From: Lingula anatina
Taxonomy: Eukaryota > Animalia > Brachiopoda
Direction of reading: 5' to 3'
DNA length: 64,000 nt
NCBI GenBank assembly: GCA_051362555.1
Contig: CM120641.1
Coordinates: forward strand, 10,974,001 to 11,038,000
The notes beneath the pieces are model-generated. The model was not told the DNA's origin and searched no databases. It saw nothing but the letters and a program-made list of their open reading frames with translations. Made by a program: the position numbers and the translations under genes. Shown piece by piece: positions 12,670 to 25,183 of the stretch (its first letter is position 1; each line of letters starts with the position of its first letter).

Positions 12670-15274
12670 TTTATTGTACCACCAGCGTTAGCGCTGGCAG
12701 TACACATGGTTTCGGTCCCGTCCGGATCGTTCCGCCGGCTCTGCCGGACGGCTACCGTTACCGCTTCTCCTCCTAGACGGTAAGGGCCCCCGTACCCATC
12801 TCATGGATTTAGGTCACCCATAATCTCAACTCGTTCCACGTAAAATTTGGGCTTTGTCGGTATTGGGGTCTGGGTGTGGCACTCATTACAATGCACCCTT
12901 GTCTAAAAATGGCAAAATTAAATGCTAATTATCTACCCTACGGAAGGAGTTATGGGAAAAATTTCCATAGACGGCCTTCCAAAAGTCAAATGTGTAGATT
13001 TCAAATATACCCTTGGATTTGACCTTTGACCTTTACTTCAAGGTCAAATGGGTCAAAATTTTCAAAAAAATGAAATTTTTTACGAAAAAAATTTTTTTTA
13101 CCCTGTTATTCAGACACTACACAGACTTAACCAATAATATTATTGGAAAGTGTTACCCTTCAGGTCATCTTTCATCTCCATGAATTTGGGGTCAATCGGT
13201 GCATTTTCACGGGAGTAGCGGCCATAAGATACCGAAACTGAAAACTGTCTCTAATTCGGGAACCGTTAATGCTAGAGACCCATTCTTTTTTGCATTTTGT
13301 AGAGCATGTAAAGCCCAACACTGGGGTTGGTCTCGGTTTTTTTGTATTCCATACGGTTTTCGAGTTACGCTGTATCAAAAAGTACATATTGGTGGTAAAA
13401 GCAAAATGTGCAGTACGGTAATGGATAATAAATTTTGAACTCTGGAAAAATAAAACATAAGGCTTGGCAAAGCAGACAACTTGTGTTCAAAAATGACATT
13501 ATTTCATCAAATTTGAACTTCTGAAACTTCAGAGCACCTCCTATTTCAAGAATTTTGACCAAAATGACTTTTTCTTTATTTTAATTAATTTTTTCTGTAC
13601 GAAATTTAAGGCACATTATGGTAACTCCAAAATTATAACATTTAGTCCCTTATATCTCCAAAACTGGCAGAGATATGTCCATAGTTACTATTGAAGTTGA
13701 ATAGGAAGTCATATACTGGCAATCTTACTGTGACCTTGAAATTGACCTTTGACCTACTTTCCACCATGAACTGAACTTTGCAAATTTTGCTTCCCTTTTA
13801 TCTCCAAAACTGGCAGAGATAGGTCCATAGTTACTATTGAACTTGAATAGGAAGTCATATACTGGCAATCTAAATGTGACCTTAAAATTGACCTTTGACC
13901 TACTTTTCACCATGAACTGAACTTTGCAAATTTTGCTTCCCTTTTATCTCCAAAACTGGCTGAGATAGGTCCATAGTTAGTATTGAACTTGAATAGAAAG
14001 TCATATACTGGCAATCTAAATGTGACCTTGAAATTGACCTTTGACCTACTTTTCACCATGAATTGAACTTTGCAAATTTTCTTTCCTTTTATCTCCAAAA
14101 CTGGCAGAGATAGGTCCGTAGTTACTATTGAACTTGAATAGGAAGTCATATACTGGCAATCTATATGTGACCTTAAAATTGACCTTTGACCTACTTTTCA
14201 CCATGAACTGAACTTTGCAAATTTTGCTTTCCTTTTATCTCCAAAACTGGCAGAGATAGGTCCGTAGTTACTATTGAACTTGAATAGAAAGTCATATACT
14301 GGCAATCTAAGTGTAACCTTGAAATTGACCTTTGACCTACTTTTCACCATGAATTGAACTTTGCAAATTTTGCTTTCCTTTTATCTCCAAAACTGGCAGA
14401 GATAGGTCCGTAGTTACTATTGAACTTGAATAGGAAGTCATATACTGGCAATCTAAATGTGACCTTAAAATTGACCTTTGACCTACTTTACACCATGAAC
14501 TGAATTTTGCAAATTTTGCTTCCCTTTTATCTCCAAAACTGGCTGAGATAGGTCCGTAGTTACTATTGAACTAGAATAGAAAGTCATATACTGGCAATCT
14601 AAATGTGACCTTAAAATTGACCTTTGACCTACTTTTCACCATAAACTGAACTTTGCAAATTTTGCTGCCCTTTTATCTCCAAAACTGGCAGAGATAGGTC
14701 CATAGTTACTATTGAACTTGAATAGGAAGTCATATACTGGCAATCTAAATGTGACCTTAAAATTGACCTTTGACCTACTTTTCACCATGAACTGAACTTT
14801 GCAAATTTTGCTTTCCTTTTATCTCCAAAACTGGCTGAGATAGGTCCGTAGTTACTATTGAACTTGAATAGAAAGTCCTATACTGGCAATCTAAGTGTGA
14901 CCTTGTAATTGACCTTTGACCTACTTTTTATCATGAAGTGAACTCTGCTAATTTCTTTCTCTTTTAACTTCAAACTTGACAGAGATAGGTCCATAGTTAC
15001 TCTTGAACTTGAATAGGAAGTCATATACTGGCAATTTACTGTGACCTTGAAATTGACCCTTGACCTATCTTACAAAGAACTTAAATTTGATTGTACCATA
15101 TATATTTTTTGCAATAGTTTAAAAATTCTTGTTGATTGCATTTTTACAGCTTGTCAAGCACAAAACTGGTGGCTGTGTCCCTTATTTTGTGTATGTTGGG
15201 GTCTATACGAATGCGCTTGCTCCAGCTGGTGGTACAATATTCGGAGGCGGTATCGCCTCTCTGATCCTCTAGTT
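12670..15274 (+). mobile_element. Non-autonomous Helentron/HINE (DINE-1-like) element, family A, copy 1
   Basis: 5' subTIR TTGTACCACCAGC with an adjacent inverted copy, then a CCGG-rich tract and a central tandem array. The 3' end has subTIR GCTGGTGGTACAA, hairpin GGAGGCGGTATCGCCTCT and terminal CTAGT, in a T-rich site. A near-identical copy lies at 57029-60623. Confidence 0.88.
13652..15070. repeat. Tandem array of a 146-bp unit (~9.5-10 copies) inside HINE copy 1
   Basis: TCTCCAAAACTGG anchor at 13655, 13801, 13947, 14092, 14238, 14384, 14530, 14676 and 14822, followed by a diverged terminal unit. Confidence 0.97.
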
Positions 15275-15329
15275 TTGTATATCAACAGGTTAGTAAACTC
15301 TTACCTTATCTAGGGTAGTAAATTATTCA

Positions 15330-15790
15330 GTAACATATGTGCTCTCCCCTGGCTGCAATACAGGCCAGTGCCCTCCTCTTCATAGATTGTACAACCTTGA
15401 TTGGAGAAACCGGGCATCCTTCTCCATGCTTCTACCATTACAACACTTAACTCTATATTGGTGGTAGCCTGCGGCTTGTGGTTATGAAGTTGTCTGCCCA
15501 CTGTGCCCCAGGCATGCACAATGGCAGACATGTCTGGATCTGCTCCTGCTGCAGGTAGTATGCCTATGATATCCCTGCAGTATAAGAATGAGTGTTTTGC
15601 TGCTGGACCAAGTGTAGGGTTGGGTTTTGATGCATGGATGGTACAACGGCTATCCTTAGGCCTTCATATCTGTACCGCTGGCCAGTCAGATTTCCACCAA
15701 ACACCACTAGTTCTGAGTGGAAATTGACACTAGTCTCACGCCCAACCAAACCATAACACTAGGCCATCCCTGCTTTGAGTGTGCCAATGG
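15330..15790 (-). mobile_element. Degenerate Tc1/mariner transposase remnant (C-terminal DDE region)
   Basis: Frameshifted fragments LVVFGGNLTGQRY..VVP..QQQNTHSYTA and MSAIVHAWGTVGRQL..EAWRRMP resemble the Tc1 motifs GNLxxxRY, QQDNARPHTA and LNPIEHxWDxLGRRL. Confidence 0.75.
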
Positions 15791-18694
15791 GACAACCCCT
15801 GTCCAGTTCAGACAGCCATGGCATAATGTCAGCACGGAATTTAGTCTCTTAAACTTGGTTTTCTGATTCTTGTGTCCACTAGCATTGAATTTGGAAAAGT
15901 GATTTCTGCAAGACTTTTGTCCAAATTTGTGTTTAGATGATCATGAGATTTCTGAAAAAATGAAGCTAGCCATTGTCTGGAATCACTAAAGCATATTAGT
16001 ACTCTACTGAAAGGCTATATTTGGATATTTTGAAGTCCTGTGGTCAAAACAAAAACTTCTGTTTCATTTTTTGATGAGTATATAAAGGCTATGATTTTTT
16101 TGCACGGCCATAAGGTTTGGAGCCACTTTGAAGAAACGTTGTACCTAGGCCATTGGTGCAAAATAAAATTGAGATTTCTCCAACTTGCCTGGAAAGTTAG
16201 TGGCCTGTTGTTAATGCCTATCGTATGATATTTTAATGGTGGCAGTTACTAATCATGATATTACCGTTATATTATGTTTTTATGGAAATATTGCACAAGA
16301 TCACGTACATCTTTGTGCCAGATTCTGATGTCGATGTAATATTGGGGATGCTAGTACGTCCCTTTTGACCAGTCTTGAACTCAAGTAAAAGAGAGGGATG
16401 GAGGGATTAAATATACTGTAAAAAGAAAGACGTTGATATTTAGATTGAGTCATATATATATATTAATTATTAGCTAGTGGTTGTATTTTGTAACCTTTCA
16501 CAAGCCGATATCAAATTGGAAACATTTTGTCAATACCTATTTTTTTCTCACATACAAACACTAAACATGTCTACATATATTGGGATAAGCTGTGTCTGTC
16601 CCTGGTTTCCTGGTCCCTGTACCAATCTAGCACATTTGTTCACCCAGTAACTACCAAACATTATGGTAAAGATTATAGATCTATTTTAAAACTAAGCACA
16701 ATTTAATTTTTACAAAAAGTTTCATATATATCACATATCCTATATCTATTGCTGAAATTTTTGCCTGTGTATATGGCAGCCTTTCTGTCTAGTTATTTTT
16801 AGTGTTTGTAAATTTATCTTGAAGAAATGTTCAGTATATTTTATCATGTGCAAAAGCTTAATTTACAAAATACTTCAAAAATTGTCAGTTAGTGAAATCT
16901 GAATGTGCAATCTGTGCTTTTTGTCCATTTTACTTTTGGTGTTTGTTCATAGGTTTAGCTCTAAATATGCCGTTTAATAATTGTGCCTGTGAAACAGATA
17001 AGCTTTGACAAGGTCAACGTAACGATATCAGATGTATCAAGTGAGGTGGTAGGTGAAATTATAATAATGAGATTACAGCAATGTTTTTTAAAAAAAGTTT
17101 ATAAATGTTTATTGTTATAAGAATTATTTGGGTTGTGGGTTTTTAATATTAACTACAATGCATTCCCATCGAATATCACTTATTATTGTCTCACATTTTA
17201 TTTAAGACAAATATATATATATATATATGTAACTTTATTCTCTCGTTTTTCTTTTGTTTTGCTGATATTGGTTTGAAAAATTGCTAGCCTGCATTTAACA
17301 AACAACATGAACCATCTTCATTTTCACTTAACCTAGTTTGTGCACAAGGCCTTTAGCAAATTTCAGCAGTCAATCACTGACCTCAATCACTGGCCACAAT
17401 TTGTCCAATGACAACATTTTTTTCTTTCATCTCAGACATTGTTATACATTGTAACAAATGAACGTATAAGGAGCATATGGTGTCAGGAGCAAAAAATATC
17501 TTGGATACTGCTACGTGCATAGGTGTCTAGCAAATTAAAATACTGCATACAACAACAAAGTAAAAACTTTTTTTAAGCAGACAGTTCAGCTGAAATAGAA
17601 ATGAAGTAACAGTACTAGAAGTTGATCTACATCGCTGAGATTCTCAGCAGAATAACCTTTGTCGGGTACCGCCCGATCAGTTATGAACTTTACGTAATAC
17701 CAGCCTATGCCGGTTGATCACGATAGCAGTTCAATACGTCCACGGTTCGATGTCTAATCATACGCATGTAAACACGCAAAGAGAACGAACTCAAGTCCCA
17801 TGGAAGTTTTCTGTAACTATAACGAATATTTACTTCAGATATAGAGCATGTACTACAATCGTCGTGTCTCAAATGATTTCTAGCAAAAGCTTCCTCTCAC
17901 AGTAAGCAACCTAGCTTTTATAGAGGTTATACAGTCACCTGGTTAAATTACATTAAAGGTCACACCACGACCTGCTGGACAACAGTTAATTAAATTAGGG
18001 GTCACTCAACCACCTCCACATCCTCCTAGGAAGTGCCCAGTTCAACTGGCTTCAAAAACACAAAGGCAATGAAATTCAGAAATAAGATCATACCTGTACG
18101 GATATGGAAGTTTTCATAAATGTATTAAAAACGTTAAGGGGTCCCTGACACATTCCTCCTTTTCCCACATAAAAAAAATATGTTAACATATTTTTTTTTT
18201 ATAGATATAAACACACCTATTTGTAAATGTGAATTAACGCTCTGGGTTAAAAAACTTTCCCCGTTAAAAAAAAAAACTCACTATATCTTTGTAACCATAT
18301 GAGGAGAAAAATCGAGGAAAGAAAAACCGTGAGCTAAAACGTATAAAGATGTTTAAAAAAATTATTAAAATAGCACTGTAGCACAAGCAGATGTTCATAT
18401 ATACAATTGTTTATATAAGACACGGCTCATTTATATATAATTCTATTCTGCTGTCACTGAGTAATTGTTAAATTTATTAACAACTGTCCTTTGTCTGATT
18501 TGTTGAAGATTCACTTCTCTTAAACATGTTCTCCGAGAAAGTCCATCTTGTTCTGCTCAATTCCGCGAGTCCACATTAAATGATGCATAGAGCAATCTTC
18601 CATCTCTGTGATGCTGGCAGTACCTCTCCTGTTTAAGTAGGAGTTTTCTTTGCGTAACCCTGCTTGGGAAGCAACGAGCGAGTACGTCCTGCTC

Positions 18695-19774
18695 GGGGGC
18701 GTCTCGATAGTCCGAAGGTTCATTGGTCCGAAGGTTCATTGGTCCGAAAATTCGTAAATTTTTCATCAGATTTTCAACAAAAAGGTTCATTGGTCCGAAG
18801 GTTCATTAGTCCGAAAATTAAAGGTCCATTGGTCCGAAGGTTCATTAGTCCGAAGGTTCGATAGTCCGAAGGTTCATTAGTCCGAAGGTTCGAAAGTCCG
18901 AAACATTTTAAGATGTTCTTCGATTTTAAGAATTATAATTACAAACGGAATCAAAGGGTGCGTTCCCAACGAAACTATCATTCTACGTAGATTGATCCAA
19001 CTCCACCAGGATTCTCACTGTATGCAATCAGATTAGCAATCCTGGAGCTGCTAGGGGGTGATTAACTTTCGTGTGAACTCAGCTTCTAGAATCTTTATCA
19101 TTTCGTTTTGAGTGCGACCGAAACGCACGTGAAAATTATCCATATAGGTCGTATTGTTTCCGTGAACTACTCTTTACAATGTGGGGAAGTTTGGGGATAT
19201 GCAATGGCTACCCTTTCCAACTCATGAACACCATACATGTTTCACATGAAATATTGAATAAAGATTGGAACGCATAAAATGAGAGGACGCCTATAATGAC
19301 ATTTTCTTACGATGTCTTAAGATACTATGATTAGAATTCAAATTCTTCTAACCTACACATTTCTTAAATTATGTAAAAGTTATAGAATAATTGCATTTCC
19401 AAACAAACTATGTTGTTGTTCGCACAGCCCACTCCCCTCCCCTCCCCCCCACCCCCCCCAAAAAAAAAAAAAAAAAAAAAAAAAACAGCCGTTCCGCCAG
19501 CAGTATTGTAGGCCTATTACTCATAGGGATGAGGATGAATTAACTGGAGTGTAAACTTGGCATATAAACAAAAATTACGAGCATTTACGAAAACAAGCTT
19601 TTCCCTTACTAGGCCTTTAAACATAAAAATTGTATCAGAATACAATGCTCAAATATCCACAAATAGTAATACATATTTAATTCCACCCCCTCTTCCCCAG
19701 CAATACTGAAGGTGCTGAAACGTTTATAATCTGAATAGAAATGTGGCAACGCCATATCAACCCGGTGGGCCTAT

Positions 19775-19805
<31 letters not shown>

Positions 19806-20055
19806 TTAAACGTAAAATACAAGTGAGAAGGCAGTTTGAACATGTTGAAATATTCTAAAACAGTTAAACTTCTAATCTGATGAACAACATCAAAAATGCT
19901 GTCTTTGTAACAAATTCATTTAAACGAAGAAAAACGTACTCTGCAAAAAGTAGATACACTTGTGACTCGTGAGAAAATTTCCATTTGATTTTACAAAATA
20001 AACCTTTGCAGTTAAATATCGTCAACTTCCAATCCCATGAAAAACATCAAGATCT

Positions 20056-20086
<31 letters not shown>

Positions 20087-20552
20087 TTTGTAACTAATGT
20101 AATATGCTAGTATTGACGTTATTTTTGCCCGTGCAGACCTAACTTTTAAAACCTCTACCAGGGCGACTGATAGATTTTTTACAGATATTCACAGATGTGT
20201 CTCTAGATAAATAGGTGGTCATTTTGAGACACCAACAATTTTCGGGGCCCTTTAGCGGGCCCCAGATCCTACGCCAAGGGGGGTGGGGGCTTTGCAACCG
20301 CGGACCCCCCTTCAAATAATCTTGGATCCGCCCCTGTACATGTAATTCACTATACACTTATACAGCGGGCCTACATTCGGACTATCGAACCTTCGGACTA
20401 TCGAACCTTCGGACTAATGAACCTTCGGACCAATGAACCTTCGGACTATCGAACCTTCGGACCAATGAACCTTCAATGCACATTCGGACCATTGAACCTT
20501 CGGACCAATGAACCTTCGGACTATTGAACCTTCGGACTATCGCTACGGCCCC
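18695..20552. mobile_element. Foldback-like TIR transposon (Merlin/MULE-like) nested in the Gypsy element
   Basis: TIRs GGGGGCGTCTCGATAGTCCGAAGG / CCTTCGGACTATCGCTACGGCCCC. Inverted subterminal arrays of a 16-bp unit CCGAAGGTTCATT(G/A)GT at ~18704-18902 and ~20376-20543. 8-bp TSD TCCTGCTC/TCTTGCTC with one mismatch. Confidence 0.85.
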
Positions 20553-21614
20553 TCTTGCTCAAGGACGAGCCCGGGTAAGCAAGATTCGTGGTAACCCATT
20601 CCTCCACTACAGACCTCAATCACTAACGTGACCTCAGGACTGCTCTTGCCCGGTTGTTTATACTCGTGTCCACGAGTTAACTGCATTAAGTGTCCCAAAA
20701 CATCATCGACGGGTTCCTTCTCAGATCAGTGCGTGTCCATGTCTGGTCATTTCACACCCTGGGAATCTTTCTGGAGATGCTGGGTACACCACATTACTTC
20801 TGCCTTTGAAACTCTCAACCATGTCAGATAATGTCTGAAAAACACAAGAAGAAAAATCGCCTCCCGGTCGGGCAGCATGGTTACAATATGCAAATGAAAC
20901 GTAACAAATATTATGTATATATAAAAAAAATCTTCCATACAGCTTCTGAAAAGAAAAATTTGCTTGATTAGTGTTTTAAGTAATTCATTCCCTCCTAAAT
21001 CTCTGAAAGTCAAAATGTCCTTAATACAAAACAGTCATTCCCAACATTATAGTATTTGAGTCACTGATCCTTTTAACATAATCCTGGACGCAGGCCTATA
21101 TCCAAAAAAATACCGTTTTTATTTTATTTTATTTTATCCATTAGATTAAGGTTTTTATTTATTTAGTTAGTTAGTTAGTTATCGCGATAGCTTAGAGCCG
21201 ATCATGCGAAATCGAACAACCCTCAATATCCCTAGATGACCGCACGTTATCACCAGGACTAGCCACATCCAACCTAACCTAAGGACCAGGCATGACCTCT
21301 CGAGGATTCTCCAACTCGCAAAACGGTTAACATCCTACCTAATGTTTGTGTGTGTGTTATTTTGCTATAGCTTTTAAGAAAATTTTGTTTTAAACCCTAT
21401 TTATGCCTTTTATTTGTTATTACTTCGCGGTTTAAATCGCGGTTTACTCGATGTTACGCGTGTTGTCCCCTGGGCCTTTGTCACTTTTAACTGCTGTCTC
21501 TGGGTGATTACACTCTGTCAGACAGCCTGCTCCATTCTCCTGTGATTCCTAGAATAAAAAGGAAACTCACATATTATTTGAAATGCGCGCGACTTACATT
21601 CCCTTATAAACCAC

Positions 21615-22500
21615 TTAATTAGAGATCTCCATTTGTTCTCGCTCGACTACGCCCTCGCAGTCAGCTTCCTCCATTTGTTCCTGCTCGACCACGCCCTCGT
21701 AGTCGGCTGCTCTTAACCTCTTGTGACTCACCTGATTCTCGTCTTCCCTGATACATCTCTTCCTGAACCTAGTGTTGTAGGAATGAGTGGGGATACTGAA
21801 TTGTGGCGCTGCACCGTGCCTACGCCTTGCGGGTATAGTTTGTCGGTTACTGACTGAGTTAGACTCACCTGTCATACTCACCGACACCTCCCTATCTGCG
21901 TGGCTGGATACCCTTCTACGTTTGTTTGAATCTGGCACTTCGTGTTGTGGAGTGGGTTCTTCCCTTGTGGCATTTGAGTCGACTGGTGGTCCACCAAGTT
22001 GCAACTGCGGTCCCCCTGGATTTGCCCTCCTCCTGAATACACGGCGTGCACGTGGCCTGACTTCATCCCATGGTAATCCTCTGTCTACCAATCTGAGTTT
22101 GTTCCTGTTAACAACCCGTGACTTGCCTGTTTGCTGGTGGGTGACCCAGAAAACATTTCCTCTGTGTCGTGTGACTGTCCAGACTGGGTCCCACTTGGAT
22201 CCGAAAGTTACGTTGTCAGGAGCGTAAACTATAACAGTGTCTCCTACCTCTATCTTGTTGGCGTTTGCTTTCGCGTCAAATCTCCGTTTGTTTTCTAATC
22301 TTGAAGACTGAAGATTATCTCTTGCGGCTGTCAAAGCGTCTGCCAGATCTCCCAATCTCCCATTTAGTGCATGATAATTGTTTGATGGGTTTAACATCGA
22401 TGACAGTGGCAAACGCGGCCGACGTCCATATGTCAGATAGAAAGGTGTGAAGCCCGTAACCGATGAAACGCTATTTCGGTATGCGAACAAGGCATTAGCC
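21615..22500 (-). pseudogene. Gypsy integrase C-terminal fragment with a long basic/acidic tail
   Basis: ORF ALFAYRNSVSSVTGFTPFYLTYGRRPRLPL...GDTVIV...KWDPVWTV matches the end of the Gypsy integrase core and a GPY/F-like module. The catalytic N-terminal part is deleted. Confidence 0.88.
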
Positions 22501-24159
22501 GTTTGTTCTTATACAGTCACCTGGTTAAATTACATTAAAGGTCACACCACGACCTGCTGGACAACAGTTAATTAAATTAGGGGTCACTCAACCACCTCCA
22601 CATCCTCCTAGGAAGTGCCCAGTTCAACTGGCTTCAAAAACACAAAGGCAATGAAATTCAGAAATAAGATCATACCTGTACGGATATGGAAGTTTTCATA
22701 AATGTATTAAAAACGTTAAGGGGTCCCTGACACTTGGTATTAAGCCTTCAGTATCAATGACTATTCCCATAGACTTGAAAACTTTATCTGTGATCAACTG
22801 GTAACCATGGACCACTTCAGAATATGTTACTGAAGTGTGCATTAAGGCAGCCACAATTATTGATGCCTGCATCAGCAGAAGTCACATTTTTCAAAAAATT
22901 CGCCTCTATAGTGGGTTAAGAAAAAAAAATTGGTTAATTTTCACAAAAATTGTGGCATATTTTATTACATTATGCAATCCTGTGGTTCAGCGTTTTCTTT
23001 AACCCAATACATTGGGGTATGTACAAAGTTGTGATATTGACTTATTCCAAATTTTTTTTTAATAGCTATATAACAAAAAATTTCTGGGATTGAAACATAA
23101 AAATCATATTTAATTTTGTTCAGTAGACTTTACAATGCAACATGAATAAATAATAAAACAGGCTAATTAAAGAGAAAAAAATAATTGAAACTGGAAATTT
23201 GATTAAACAATATTTACAAATTACAACTGTTACTTCATCAATCACTTTAAAAAGTCAAATGTAAAAACTATTCGTAAATTTTTAATACAGCATACAACAA
23301 AGTCCCTTTTTTCATCTTTTGGTGGGAGCAGAATTGAAAGGTTATATCAGCACGTTTTATGTGACGTTTTTTAGCAAGGGTAGCAATATCATTATTGAAA
23401 AAGAATGTAATGTGCTTTTGGACATAACTCAAGCCTCCCAGATTTTAGGACAATAAGAATTCTGTGACAATGGGTATAAAGGTTGGCACACAAGTGCCAA
23501 TTTTGACACAAAAGGTTTACAAAATTGATCAACTGACACTTTACAAGTGTGCTGCCTCTTTCATGGCCACATAATGCAGATACATAAAAACAAATATACC
23601 ATTAGAAATATTTGCTTTATTTGGGTATAATTGTGGAAATTTTCTAAAAAAAAAAAAAAAAAAAAAATTTTTACTATGGTCTATGTTAACGTTAAAATTA
23701 CATAAGTAAATTCTTAACATTTGCTCTTCTGATAAAATAGAGGGACTTGTTGACTCGTGGTCACCTCGTATGCATACATTGAAATTTATCTACAGTTGAT
23801 GAATTAAAGGAATGTCCTAGTATAGCTAGCAATGATGGCAAAATTCAAAAAATAAAACTACAATAATTGCAGGAGATTATAGAATAATTGTGCTTGGATC
23901 TGAAATGTGTTCCCGTGGAAAAATAAGTCTTTTTGTTCTAGCAATAAGCATAGCACATTATAAGCTACAATAATTTTCCAATAGGCTGAAAATGGCAAAA
24001 ATGGTGAAAAAGAGATGAGAGTGGCTGGACTGGCTGATGACAATAACTTCAAACCTCAGTTGATAAGCATTATCAGCATGTTTTCTAACTGAGGCCCTCC
24101 TTTCTGGTCTTACATACATTATTTTTTTATGATCAGAAGTTCCAACGGTTTGTTGTGCT

Positions 24160-25183
24160 CTACAGGAATGCATCACACCATTCATTGAGGCAATCGTAAC
24201 AATCTCCTGCCTGTTTTTTATTAGCAGAGCATGTATCTTTCATCCAATCCAGGAACAATTCCTTGTTCTTCTTGAGTACTAAGAACTGGCCAAGCACCAC
24301 ATTGGCCTGAAATAACAATTAAATACAAATAATAAGTTTGAAGTCTACATGATTTCATATCACCGTCAGACCTTATAAACTATAATTGCTGCATGCTACC
24401 ACAAGTCTAAAATTTGAGAGCACGAATGCCCAAATTAATTACTCGAGCCACAAATTAAATATCCCAATGTTATATTACTAGACATGAACACAGCGTCCGA
24501 GGGGCTCGTGTCGTAACACTCACTATTGTGATTAAATAAGCTCAAAAGGGTGCTGTAACTGTTAGTTGATCAGGTGATGGAGACCTGTTTAATGAGTTTT
24601 TGTCCCCAAAAGCATTGCTGTTACATTATCAGCTCGAGTTACCAAATTCACCAGGACATATTTTTGCTGGGACACCATTATCTCATAGCATGACAATAAA
24701 CAATATTTATTTTCACATTATCTACACAGATAAGGAGAGACATACTATTAACGTATTGATCTCCCTTAAATCAAATGATTATTCATGATTTCTGTTCAAT
24801 AAGGATCCCCACCCTGCTCTTGTCATCTGATATTTCCAAGGCATCCATTTTGAGACAGTCATTTTAAATATGATTAGCTAGTACAAATTTCTAAAAAAAA
24901 AACAACATCTAGTATGCCAAAAGTAATTAATTAGGTTAAAGACTCTAGAAACAGGTAATAAATAATTAGGAAAAGAAACTAACAATAACGTATGATGTCA
25001 TCAATTGGAAATCAATTTTCTAGGAAGCATTTTGTTATCAAAAAAGGAAAAACTTACCTTATCAAATCCCTTGTCCTTTAGTCTCTCAGCCAAAACTTCT
25101 CCAATACCAGCTAACTCTGAAACTTCTTTATCACCCATTGGTTCGGATACAAAGTTGCGATGCTTTTGAGATGTACTAGACAT
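24160..25183 (-). CDS. BANF1: Barrier-to-autointegration factor (90 aa)
   Basis: Exons 25183-25058 ([42 protein letters not shown]) and 24306-24160 ([48 protein letters not shown]), joined by a phase-0 GT-AG intron. A probable non-coding exon 1 has its donor near 26418. Confidence 0.98.

Larger units (their letters stand above)
17481..22732 (-). mobile_element. Internally deleted Ty3/Gypsy LTR retrotransposon
   Basis: Apparently identical ~223-bp direct repeat at 17928-18150 and 22510-22732, starting TGTCAGGGACCCC on the minus strand. PPT GGGAAAAGGAGGAATG abuts the left (3') LTR, with a TATA-like CTATAAAAG at ~17920 and a probable LTR end TGTCAGG at 17481. The right LTR is truncated and fused to integrase sequence. 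No clean TSD, so the left boundary is uncertain. Confidence 0.85.

Noticed and set aside
13172-14149. ORFs repeated at 13.2-14.1 kb and 57.5-60.6 kb as a duplicated gene
   Set aside because: They are chance frames inside two copies of a non-coding HINE and its tandem array.
13652-15070. Regularly spaced repeats resembling a CRISPR array
   Set aside because: The units are contiguous 146-bp tandem copies with no unique spacers, there are no cas genes, and the context is eukaryotic.
18704-18902. Short 16-bp repeats (also at 20376-20543) as CRISPR or iteron arrays
   Set aside because: They are mirrored subterminal repeats of a TIR element bounded by a TSD.
21787-22227. 146-aa plus-strand ORF
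   Set aside because: Antisense shadow of the integrase fragment, with no recognisable motif.
17481-25183. Functional link between BANF1 (barrier to autointegration) and the adjacent retroelement integrase
   Set aside because: The element is a young, broken insertion in a TE-rich region, and nothing indicates domestication. The adjacency is probably coincidental.
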